This document shows positions 51,014 to 59,524 of a DNA stretch of 64,000 nt, piece after piece. The notes beneath the pieces were generated by a model, which was not told where the DNA came from, did not search any database, and was given only the letters and a program-made list of their open reading frames with translations. Both the position numbers and the translations under genes were made by a program. The stretch covers positions 224,001 through 288,000 of the forward strand of contig CBDCCS010000022.1 of assembly GCA_965214935.1 (NCBI GenBank), read 5' to 3'. Positions within the stretch are counted from its first letter, which is position 1. Each line of letters opens with the position of its first letter. This stretch comes from Candidatus Velthaea sp. GTDB lineage: Bacteria > Vulcanimicrobiota > Vulcanimicrobiia > Vulcanimicrobiales > Vulcanimicrobiaceae.

Positions 51014-52387
51014 CTACGCCGGAACCTCGGCGAACAAACCGGCGTTTTGCGCCATGAAATCGTTCTTGAGCCATTCGACGCGCAGGCCGCCGCGCCGGAA
51101 ACCGTCGGACCGCAAAACGCCGCGGCAAAAATCGATCGTCGTCTTCACGCCTTCGATACGTGTCTCGCCGAGCGCCCGTTCCAAGCGCGCGATCGCGCCG
51201 TCGCGCGTGCGGTCGTGCGCGATGATTTTCGCAATCATCGAATCATAGTACGGCGGAATGACCGCACCCGTATACATATGCGTGTCGACGCGGATGCCCG
51301 GACCACCCGGAAACTCAACGCGGGTCAGGACGCCCGCAGCCGGGGTGAAACCGGTCGCGGGATCTTCGGCATTGACGCGGACTTCGATGGCATGCCCGAC
51401 CGGATGGATGTCGCGCTGTTTGAAGCCGAGCGGCTCGCCGGCCGCAACCCGGATCTGTTCGCGCACGATGTCGACCCCGTAAACCATTTCCGTGACGGGA
51501 TGCTCGACTTGGATACGCGTGTTCATCTCCATGAAATACACGTCGGTGCCGCTGACAAGGAATTCGAGTGTCCCGGCGCTGGTGTATTTGACCGCGCGCC
51601 CGGCGGCAAGCGCCGTTTGGTGAAGCTTCTTGATCACCGATGCATCGAGCAGCGGCGCCGGTGATTCTTCGATAAGTTTTTGATGCGACGGTTTCTGCAC
51701 CGAGCAATCCCGCTCGCCGAGATGCACGACCGAACCATGATCGTCACCAAGTAACTGCACCTCGATATGCCGCGGTGCCAAGATCAATTTTTCAACGTAC
51801 AGCCGGCCGTCTTTGAAGGATGCCTGCGCTTCAGCTTGGGCGGTCGCATAGGCCGAGCCGAACTCACGCGGGTCGTGAACCTCGCGCATCCCTTTGCCGC
51901 CGCCGCCCGCGGTCGCTTTAAGCAAAACCGGAAAGCCGATTTTCTCCGCGTACTTGCGTGCTTCGTCGACCGACTCGACGATGTCGCTGCCGGGCGTCGT
52001 GGGAACACCGGCATCGCGCATGATCCGCTTGGCCGTCGCCTTGTCGCCCATCGACGCGATCACCGCGGGCGACGGTCCGATGAAGGTCAAGCCGTGATCG
52101 TGCGACATCTCGGCAAATCGGGCATTTTCGGCCAGGAAGCCATAGCCGGGATGGATCGCGTCGGCACCGCAAATGAGCGCCGTCGAAATGATATTGGGGA
52201 TATTGAGATAGGAGCGCCCCACGGCACCCGGCCCGACGCAAAATGCCTCGTCGGCATAGCGCACGTGCAGCGACTCGCGATCGGCGTCGGAAAAGATTGC
52301 TACGGTTTGCACGCCCAACTCACGACATGCGCGATTGATCCGAACCGCGATTTCCCCGCGGTTCGCGATCAAAACTTTCTTAAACAT
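51014..52387 (-). CDS. accC: Biotin carboxylase
   Basis: KKVLIANRGEIA, HPGYGFLAEN, GGGGKGM, EMNTRIQVEH, YYDSMIAK. Confidence 0.96.
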   Translation of the reverse strand: MFKKVLIANRGEIAVRINRACRELGVQTVAIFSDADRESLHVRYADEAFCVGPGAVGRSYLNIPNIISTALICGADAIHPGYGFLAENARFAEMSHDHGLTFIGPSPAVIASMGDKATAKRIMRDAGVPTTPGSDIVESVDEARKYAEKIGFPVLLKATAGGGGKGMREVHDPREFGSAYATAQAEAQASFKDGRLYVEKLILAPRHIEVQLLGDDHGSVVHLGERDCSVQKPSHQKLIEESPAPLLDASVIKKLHQTALAAGRAVKYTSAGTLEFLVSGTDVYFMEMNTRIQVEHPVTEMVYGVDIVREQIRVAAGEPLGFKQRDIHPVGHAIEVRVNAEDPATGFTPAAGVLTRVEFPGGPGIRVDTHMYTGAVIPPYYDSMIAKIIAHDRTRDGAIARLERALGETRIEGVKTTIDFCRGVLRSDGFRRGGLRVEWLKNDFMAQNAGLFAEVPA

Positions 52388-52419
52388 CGTCGGCTGACTC
52401 TAACCGCTCGGACCGGCGC

Positions 52420-52827
52420 TTAGCGTTCGATTGCAAAAAGAGGCTGCCCGTATTCCACCGGCTGTCCGTCACTGATAAACACGGCCGCGACCTTACCCGG
52501 GCCGCGCGACCGGACCGGATTCCGGATGCCCAGCGCTTCGACGAAGGCAAGTTCGCGGTCGTTCTCGAGTTGCTGGCCGTCGCTGACCTGCGGCCGCGAA
52601 AGACGCACGACGCCGACCAGGTCGCTCGTGACGATGTCCGGTTTCTTGACGACCGGCTCGGGCGGCGCAGCGGCCGGAGGGACGGCGGCGACGGTCGCAA
52701 CAGCGCCGCTCGAGCGACGTAACTCAACCTCAAAGCCGGCGTCTTTGAGGTTCAGGCGGGCCAGACCGGAGACGGAAAACGCCTGCGCAAGTGCACGCAC
52801 GCGGACCGCGACAACATCGTCGATCAT
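52420..52827 (-). CDS. Biotinyl/lipoyl-domain protein (AccB-like) lacking the biotinylated Lys
   Basis: BCCP architecture (N-domain ELRR, Ala/Pro linker, G..VEYGQPLF end), but EALGI in place of EAMKM. Confidence 0.85.
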   Translation of the reverse strand: MIDDVVAVRVRALAQAFSVSGLARLNLKDAGFEVELRRSSGAVATVAAVPPAAAPPEPVVKKPDIVTSDLVGVVRLSRPQVSDGQQLENDRELAFVEALGIRNPVRSRGPGKVAAVFISDGQPVEYGQPLFAIER

Positions 52828-52916
52828 CGAAGTGGTCGGGTTCGCCTCGGTACGGTCGGGTCCCGCCGATGGGCACAACGCAGGCCGTCAACCGGAGGTC
52901 GCGTACAACCACGGAT

Positions 52917-53297
52917 ATGAGCGAACAAGGCGATCTGGAAATGGCCGTTGACGATCCGTCGGTCGCACGTCATCTCTCGGCAGATTTGCGCGACGCATTG
53001 CGGGCGCTCGAAGCCGGCGGTGACGACGAGTTGGATCCGAAACTGCTCGCCGAGGCCGCGGCAATCGTCAATGCGTTCGCCGCAGCCGGACTGCTCGAAT
53101 TCGCGTACATTCCACCCGAAGACGACGGCGGCGAAGATGATGTTGCCGTCTTCGGCGTCAGCGAGGCAGCCGTCATCGAAGATGCGCCGGACGTCATCTC
53201 GCTCTTCGGCTACTTAGATCGCGCAACCGATCCGCTTCCCCGGCTCGCATACGAAAAGCACGACCTGGAGGACGAATCCCCGAACGGCGTCGTTTGA
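52917..53297 (+). CDS. Acidic hypothetical protein
   Basis: Asp/Glu-rich 126-aa ORF filling the gap between divergent operons. Confidence 0.6.
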   Translation: MSEQGDLEMAVDDPSVARHLSADLRDALRALEAGGDDELDPKLLAEAAAIVNAFAAAGLLEFAYIPPEDDGGEDDVAVFGVSEAAVIEDAPDVISLFGYLDRATDPLPRLAYEKHDLEDESPNGVV

Positions 53298-53357
53298 GCG
53301 CGGTTTACCGCCCGAACGGGTGAAGCGGCAAACCGCCGCGGCTGTCATAGTAACGTC

Positions 53358-54265
53358 ATGAACGCAACTTCCGGCGGCGCGCTGGCCGCCTTATCCAACG
53401 ACATTGCCGGGACGATCGAGAGCGTGGCGCCGAGCGTCGTCGCCGTCGAAGCGCGCGACCGGATCGGCTCGAGCGGCTTTTTTATTAAGCCCAACACGAT
53501 TTTGACGGCCGACCACGCGCTGGAATCGGACGAGATCAGCGTTATCTTCGCCGACGGTCATGAAGAGCCGGCGACCGTTACGGGCCGCGACCCGGCGACC
53601 GACGTTGCGCTGCTGCGGGTCGCGAGCGCCGGGCCGCCGCCGCTCGGCGAAATTGCGCCGGGCGACGTGCGCGTCGGCGCGATCGCGATCGCCGTCGCAC
53701 GGGATGACGACGGCGATCTGAGCGCGACAATGGGCGTCGTCGGTTCGATCGGCGCCGCTTGGCGGACGTGGCGCGGTGGCGAGATCGACCGCTTCATTCG
53801 AGCGGGACGTCTCGCTTTATCCGCGCTTTCTCGGGCAGCCCGCTGGTCAATGCGGCGGGTGCACTGATCGGACTCAACACGTGGGGACTTTCGCGCCGTC
53901 AAGCCGTCGTCGTGCCGGCATCGACGCTCGGCCGAGTCATCGAACAGCTCGGCACCCGCGGCCACATCGCGCGCGGATATCTCGGCTTGGCAATGCAAGG
54001 CATCGCCTTACCGCATGCGCTGGGCGGCGGCAGCGGCGTGATTGCGTTAGGCATCGCCGAAGGCGGCCCGGCCGACCACGGCGGCTTGATCGTCGGCGAT
54101 ATCATCGTAACGTTGCTGGGCCGGCGCATCGAGGATACGGACGACGTCGCGGCGGCGCTCGAATCGGTGACCGTCGGCGCTCCGGCGGTCGTCGGACTGC
54201 TGCGCGGCGGGAAGCCGCTCGATATCACGCTGACAATCGGAGAACGGCCGAACAATGACGACTGA
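53358..54265 (+). pseudogene. HtrA-like S1C serine protease with PDZ, two frameshifts (possibly sequencing errors)
   Basis: TADH, TDVALL, reconstructed RADVSLYPRFSGSPL, C-terminal PDZ GYLG...GDII; extra bases at ~53805 and ~53828. Confidence 0.8.
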
Positions 54266-55054
54266 TGTAGAACGCGAGCTCGGCTCGCTCGCCGCGCGCT
54301 TGCGTCCGTCGACGGTCAGCGTGCGCTCCGAGCACGATCGCGGCTCGGGCAGCGGAGTCGTTTGGTCGCCGGCCGGAACGATCGTGACCAACGCGCCACG
54401 TTGCGCGCACACGAACGGTAACGATCGAGCTTGCCGACGGCCGGCAAGTGCGCGGTTCCGTCGTACGGCGTGACGATACACGCGATCTTGCCGCCATCAC
54501 GATCGATGCCGCGGAGCTTCAGCCGGTCGAGATTCGTAGTCCGGCCGACTTGCGCGTCGGCGAACTGCTCGTCGCGTTCGGTCACCCGCTGGGCGTCCCG
54601 AACGTGCTGACCGCCGGGATCGCATTCGGGCCGCACCGCGCGGGCAGCGATCGTTTTGTTCGGGCCGACGTCCGGCTTGCGCCCGGCAACTCGGGCGGCG
54701 CGCTTGCCGACGTGCACGGGCGCGTCGTCGGCATCAACAGTATGATCGCCGGCGGCTTAGCGCTGGCAATACCGAGCGACGACGTGCGTCGCTTTCTCGG
54801 CGAAGCGCTGCCGTCGGCGCGGCTCGGGGTCAAGCTCGTCCCGGTACAGACGGCAGGTCGCGGCCGCCTACGCAATCGTGGCGGTCGAACCGGACAGCCT
54901 CGCGCAACGCTCGGGCCTGCTGGTCGGCGATATCGTTGCGGCGCGGCATATCCGAACGCTCGGCATCGCCCCGCACGTCCATGTCGTGCGCGGCGGCACG
55001 GCGCTCGTCGTTCCGGTGCACCGTGCCGCCGGCGAAACTGCCGCTGCCGCTTAA
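54255..55054 (+). pseudogene. HtrA-like S1C serine protease with short PDZ, two frameshifts (possibly sequencing errors)
   Basis: GSGSGVVW, reconstructed TNAHV, RDLA, APGNSGGAL, GLLVGD; extra bases at ~54396 and ~54862. Confidence 0.8.
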
Positions 55055-55517
55055 AGCGTCCGAACCGGCCGTCGTCATACGCGACCTGCCGGACGAAGGC
55101 GCACTGACGGCGGCGTTGGCCGAGCGATTCGACGGACAGCCGACGATCGTGACGCTGGCGGACCCGGGCGGCGATGCCGGCCGCGCCCTCCTGCGGGCCG
55201 GCGTCCGCGGCGTAGTCGGCCGCGATCTGGCGGCCGACGATCTCGCGGCCGCGATCGACGCGGTCAGTCGGGGATTCATCGTCCTATCCGATCGCCGCCG
55301 GGAAGCCGGCGAAAGCGCCGTCGAACTTACGCCGCGCGAGCGCGACGTTCTGGCGCTCCTCGCTCGCGGCTGGTCGAACAAGACGATCGCCATCCGCTTG
55401 TCATTGGCGGAAAACACGGTCAAGTTTCACGTTGCGTCGATTTTTGCGAAACTCGATGCGACTACGCGAACCCAAGCCGTCACGATCGGCGTGCGGCGCG
55501 GTTTGATCATGGTGTGA
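55023..55517 (+). CDS. LuxR-family regulator with truncated/degenerate receiver
   Basis: LTPRERDVL.LLA.G.SNK.IA..L...ENTVKFHV; start uncertain. Confidence 0.85.
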   Translation: MPPAKLPLPLKASEPAVVIRDLPDEGALTAALAERFDGQPTIVTLADPGGDAGRALLRAGVRGVVGRDLAADDLAAAIDAVSRGFIVLSDRRREAGESAVELTPRERDVLALLARGWSNKTIAIRLSLAENTVKFHVASIFAKLDATTRTQAVTIGVRRGLIMV

Positions 55518-55971
55518 TCAGGCGGACGGCCCCGGCGCGTTCGCCGGCGCCGAGCCGTGCGAGTAACGGCAAATACGCCGGCTCGATCTCCGCCAACGGC
55601 GCAAGTGCAAACGCGCGTTCGCTCAAACGCGGATGCGGCAGAGTTAGCTCCGGTTCATCGAGCTCGACTCGATCGTAGGCAAGAATATCGAGATCGATGA
55701 CGCGCGGACCCCAGCGGTACGTCGCGACCCGGCCGAGTTCGGTTTCAATCGCCTTAAGCGCGGCAAGCAGCGCACGCGGAGCAAACGCCGTCTCGAGCAG
55801 CGCGGCCGCATTGATGAAGTCGGGCTGCTCCGCGACGCCCCATGGCGCCGTTCGATACAGCGACGAGCGCGCCGTTATCCGGCCGAGCTCCGCCAGCCGG
55901 CCGAAGGCAGCATGCACGTGCGCTACCGCATCGCCGCTGTTCGACCCGATGCCGATTCGTGCGAGGCCCAT
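55507..55971 (-). CDS. folK: 2-amino-4-hydroxy-6-hydroxymethyldihydropteridine pyrophosphokinase
   Basis: GIGSN, SSLYRTAPWG, WGPRVIDLDIL, PHPRL.ERAF. Confidence 0.96.
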   Translation of the reverse strand: MGLARIGIGSNSGDAVAHVHAAFGRLAELGRITARSSLYRTAPWGVAEQPDFINAAALLETAFAPRALLAALKAIETELGRVATYRWGPRVIDLDILAYDRVELDEPELTLPHPRLSERAFALAPLAEIEPAYLPLLARLGAGERAGAVRLITP

Positions 55972-55973
55972 GG

Positions 55974-56324
55974 CTAACGCGCTTGCCGGAGCGTGACCGA
56001 GGGGGTCGCTCCGGCGAGCAGGCGGGGCTTGGCGATCCGCACCTCGGCCGTGGCTACCCGCGGATCGCTCAGAATGAGGGTCAGCACTTCCTGGCCGAGG
56101 CGCTCGAGCAAGTCGAACGACTTCGTCCGGACGATTTCAACGATCGAGTGGTGTAACGCGGCGTAATCGAGCGTTTCGCTTAGCCGGTCGGTTTGCCGAG
56201 CTGCAGCGAGGTCGAGCTCGATCAGCACGTCGATATCGAACGGCTGCGGCACTCGCTGCTCGCCCGGATCGGCACCGTGCCGTCCGAACGCGCGGATTCC
56301 GGTGAGCGCGATGGCGTCCGTCAG
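55974..56324 (-). CDS. folB: Dihydroneopterin aldolase
   Basis: D.I.L.GIR.FG.HG...E....QPF, D.L.ETLDY, LLE.L, KP; start probably CTG at 56324. Confidence 0.9.
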   Translation of the reverse strand: MTDAIALTGIRAFGRHGADPGEQRVPQPFDIDVLIELDLAAARQTDRLSETLDYAALHHSIVEIVRTKSFDLLERLGQEVLTLILSDPRVATAEVRIAKPRLLAGATPSVTLRQAR

Positions 56325-57178
56325 CGGGGCCAGTCGGCCGGACGCCAGCCGCGCACGATCGCATCGGTAACGCGCACGACATCGCGCTGTTCGTTCACGT
56401 CGTGAACGCGCACGATATCGACCCCGGCGTTCGCTGCCAGTGCGACCGTGGCGGCCGTGCCGAACGCACGGTCTCCCACGTCGCGCCCGGTCAATTTGCC
56501 GAGCGTTGATTTACGCGAGGTACCCAGCAGTGTCGGAAAGCCGAGCCCAACGAGCCGATCCAGCCGTTTGAGAATCCGCAGATTGTGTTCGGCGGTCTTG
56601 CCGAACCCGATGCCCGGGTCGACGATCACGCTGTCGGCCGGCATCCCGGCGGCAACGGCTCGCGTAGCGGTGTCGAGCAGAAAGCGCAACACTTCGTCGA
56701 CGACGTCGCCGGCATAGACGGCGACGGGCGCATTGTGCATGACGACGATCGGCGAACCGGTCTCGAGCGCCGTCTCGATCAGCTCCGGCCCGGCGCCCCA
56801 GATCGAGTTGAGCAAATCCGCGCCGGCCGCATGGGCCGCACGATAAACCGCGGGTTTGAAGGTGTCGATGGAAACGATCACGTTTGGATCGAGCGCGCGG
56901 ATACGTTCGAGCACCGGTAGAAGCCGCGCTGTCTCGACATCCGCCCCGATCGGCCGATGTCCGGGACGCGTCGACTCGGCGCCGAGATCGAGCACATCCG
57001 AGCCGGCGTCCCGCTGAGCGAGCGCGTGAACGGCGGCGCGATCGGCATCGACATAACCGTCACCCGAGAACGAGTCGGGGGTCGCGTTAACGATCCCCAT
57101 GACGTACGTGCGCGCGCCCCAAGGCAACGAGCGTCCGCGAACGCGGAGGGCGCCGCGCTTGTCAGACGCGGTTGGCAA
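56321..57178 (-). CDS. folP: Dihydropteroate synthase
   Basis: MGIVNATPDSFS, ESTRPG, SIDT, DPGIGFGK, SRKS, RVHD. Confidence 0.97.
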   Translation of the reverse strand: MPTASDKRGALRVRGRSLPWGARTYVMGIVNATPDSFSGDGYVDADRAAVHALAQRDAGSDVLDLGAESTRPGHRPIGADVETARLLPVLERIRALDPNVIVSIDTFKPAVYRAAHAAGADLLNSIWGAGPELIETALETGSPIVVMHNAPVAVYAGDVVDEVLRFLLDTATRAVAAGMPADSVIVDPGIGFGKTAEHNLRILKRLDRLVGLGFPTLLGTSRKSTLGKLTGRDVGDRAFGTAATVALAANAGVDIVRVHDVNEQRDVVRVTDAIVRGWRPADWPR

Positions 57179-58478
57179 CGTGCGTCAACCACCACTCGCG
57201 TAACGTAGCGACGACGAACGTCGATCCGGTCACGACCACGATGTCCTGGGCGTCGGCGTTGCGCCGTGCGACCGAGAACGCTTCGACCGGATCGGTGATC
57301 GCTCGACCCCACACGCCGAGTTCGCGCGCGATACTTGCTAAGCGTTGCGGCCGCATTGCGATCCGCCCGTCGGCATTGAACGACGTGAACGTGAACGATG
57401 CGGGCAGATCGGTAAACGATTCAATCACTTGGCCCGCATCTTTCGATTCGCCGATCGAAATGACGAAGGCAAAACGGCGGCCGGCGAAGGTTTCGCGCAA
57501 AGCAAGAGCGAGCTGGGTGGCCTTGTCGGGGTTATGCGCGATATCAAAAATAACCGCCGGGTGCGAAGGAAAGTATTCCATTCGGCCGGGGATGACCAGC
57601 CGTGCCAATCCATTTTCGACGTCGGCACGGGCCGGCCGAAGCGCCGGCGGCAAAAACTCGAGCGCACGGATCGCCGTCGCTGCATTGCGCTGTTGGAACG
57701 AGCCTAAAACCGGTAACGCCAATTCGTATGTCTCAAGCGGCGTTTGAATGCTGAACGACTGGCCGTAGCGCTGACCCGCGCGCGTATCGATCCGCACCGT
57801 ATCCCGCACGGAAATAAACGGCGCTCCGGCCGCGGCGCAGCCGGCTTCGATGACCGCCCGGGCCGCGACATCGGCCACGTCGCTCACGAGCGGAATGCCG
57901 CGCTTCGCGATACCGACTTTGTCGGCGGCTATTTCGGCCGTCGTATCACCGAGAATATCGGTGTGATCCAGCGCGACGTTCGTAATTACCGAAACGAGCG
58001 GCTCGAGCACGTTGGTGCCGTCGAGCTTACCGCCGATGCCGACTTCAATCACGGCGATATCGACATCTTCGTGCGCGAAATACACAAACGCGATTGCCAG
58101 CAGCGTCTCGTAATATGACGGGCGCCCGTGCTCGGTAGCGACGGTTTCAATCGCCGGCATCATCTCGCTAAGGATGTCGCCGAATCGCTCCTCCGATATT
58201 GCGCCCCCGTTTATCCGCGCGCGTTCCGTTACCGACACGAGATGCGGCTTGGCATGCAGTCCGGTTCGATGGCCGGCCGCCTCGAGAGCAGCGGCGGCCA
58301 TCGTTGCCGACGAACCTTTGCCGCTCGTTCCGCCGACGTGCAACGTCGGGTAACGGTTTTGCGGATTCCCGAGCGCCTCGAGTAAGGCGCGCATTCGGTC
58401 GAGCCGGTTGGGCAGCCGGCGTGACGCCGTTTCATTGATCGTGCCGAGCAGGTACGCTTGAGCCTGAGCGAAGAGCAT
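57162..58478 (-). CDS. folC: Folylpolyglutamate synthase / dihydrofolate synthase
   Basis: HVGGTSGKGS, EVGIGG.LD.TN, DH..ILG, DIAHN, TGS. Confidence 0.95.
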   Translation of the reverse strand: MLFAQAQAYLLGTINETASRRLPNRLDRMRALLEALGNPQNRYPTLHVGGTSGKGSSATMAAAALEAAGHRTGLHAKPHLVSVTERARINGGAISEERFGDILSEMMPAIETVATEHGRPSYYETLLAIAFVYFAHEDVDIAVIEVGIGGKLDGTNVLEPLVSVITNVALDHTDILGDTTAEIAADKVGIAKRGIPLVSDVADVAARAVIEAGCAAAGAPFISVRDTVRIDTRAGQRYGQSFSIQTPLETYELALPVLGSFQQRNAATAIRALEFLPPALRPARADVENGLARLVIPGRMEYFPSHPAVIFDIAHNPDKATQLALALRETFAGRRFAFVISIGESKDAGQVIESFTDLPASFTFTSFNADGRIAMRPQRLASIARELGVWGRAITDPVEAFSVARRNADAQDIVVVTGSTFVVATLREWWLTHVANRV

Positions 58479-58502
58479 ATCTTATCTAACGTTCGTCAAG
58501 CG

Positions 58503-58985
58503 CTAACCGTCAACGTCCGAATCGGCCAGCAAATCGAGCGCGTGAGGCAACACCGGGAGAATGACGGCCAGCGTTTCACGGACGGCCTTCGGACTACCCG
58601 GCAAGTTGACGATGAGCGTCCTATCGCGCACGCCGGCGATCGCTCGCGATAAAATAGCCGTCGGCACGAAGCGCCGAGAGTCGGCACGCATCGCTTCACC
58701 GATGCCCGGTATTTCGTAATCGAGAACGGCTGCCGTCGCTTGCGGCGTGCGGTCGCGCGGCCCGAGGCCCGTACCGCCCGAGGTAAGCACGAGCGAACAA
58801 CGGGCATCGGCGAGTTCGATAAGCGCTGCGGCCAGGGCCGCCGGGTCGTCGGCCAGCACGCGCTCATCGCCGATGGCGAAGCCGCTACCCAGACACTCCC
58901 GCACGACCGGCAAACAGCCGTCGGGCCGCGTTCCCGCCGCGGCCCGGTCCGACAAAATGATCACGGCGGTCTGATACGGACTCAC
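58503..58985 (-). CDS. mog: Molybdopterin adenylyltransferase (MogA/MoaB)
   Basis: SDR, TSGGTGLGPRD.TP.AT, LSR, NLPGSPKAV. Confidence 0.9.
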   Translation of the reverse strand: MSPYQTAVIILSDRAAAGTRPDGCLPVVRECLGSGFAIGDERVLADDPAALAAALIELADARCSLVLTSGGTGLGPRDRTPQATAAVLDYEIPGIGEAMRADSRRFVPTAILSRAIAGVRDRTLIVNLPGSPKAVRETLAVILPVLPHALDLLADSDVDG

Positions 58986-59524
58986 TCCGCTTCGCCGGCC
59001 GGCGCCGTCGCCGCCGGAGCGAACCAATCGCCGCTCTTACCGCCCGTTTTTGCGACGAGCCGGAGAACCTCGACGACGATCCCCTTATCGAGTGCTTTGC
59101 ACATATCATAGATGGTGAGCGCCGCAATACCGGCGGCCACGAGCGCCTCCATTTCGACACCGGTTTGCGCGGCTGTCGTCGCCTCGGCCGCAACGCAGAG
59201 TACGCTAGACTCGAGCCAAGCAAAGCTGACGCTTACCGCGGCGAGTGGGAGCGAGTGGGCCAGCGGGATGAGGGCACCGGTCTGCTTAGCCGCCAGAATA
59301 CCCGCAAGCTGAGCGGCGACGAACGCATCGCCCTTGGGCAAAGTGGCGGCCCGCAACGCGTCGGCTGCGACATCGCCGAGCCGAACGTGCGCTTCCGCGC
59401 GGGCCGTCCGCACCGTTACCAACTTTTGACCGACATCGACCATTTGGAGCGAGCCGTCGGGCCGAATGTGTGAGGGTTTTGCCGTCGCTGCGGGAATTTC
59501 TGCAGCCAGTTGTGATGCCGTCAT
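58982..59524 (-). CDS. moaC: Cyclic pyranopterin monophosphate synthase
   Basis: MVDV..K, KGD, LIPL.H, TGVEMEAL, YDMCKA, KTGGKSG. Confidence 0.97.
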   Translation of the reverse strand: MTASQLAAEIPAATAKPSHIRPDGSLQMVDVGQKLVTVRTARAEAHVRLGDVAADALRAATLPKGDAFVAAQLAGILAAKQTGALIPLAHSLPLAAVSVSFAWLESSVLCVAAEATTAAQTGVEMEALVAAGIAALTIYDMCKALDKGIVVEVLRLVAKTGGKSGDWFAPAATAPAGEAE

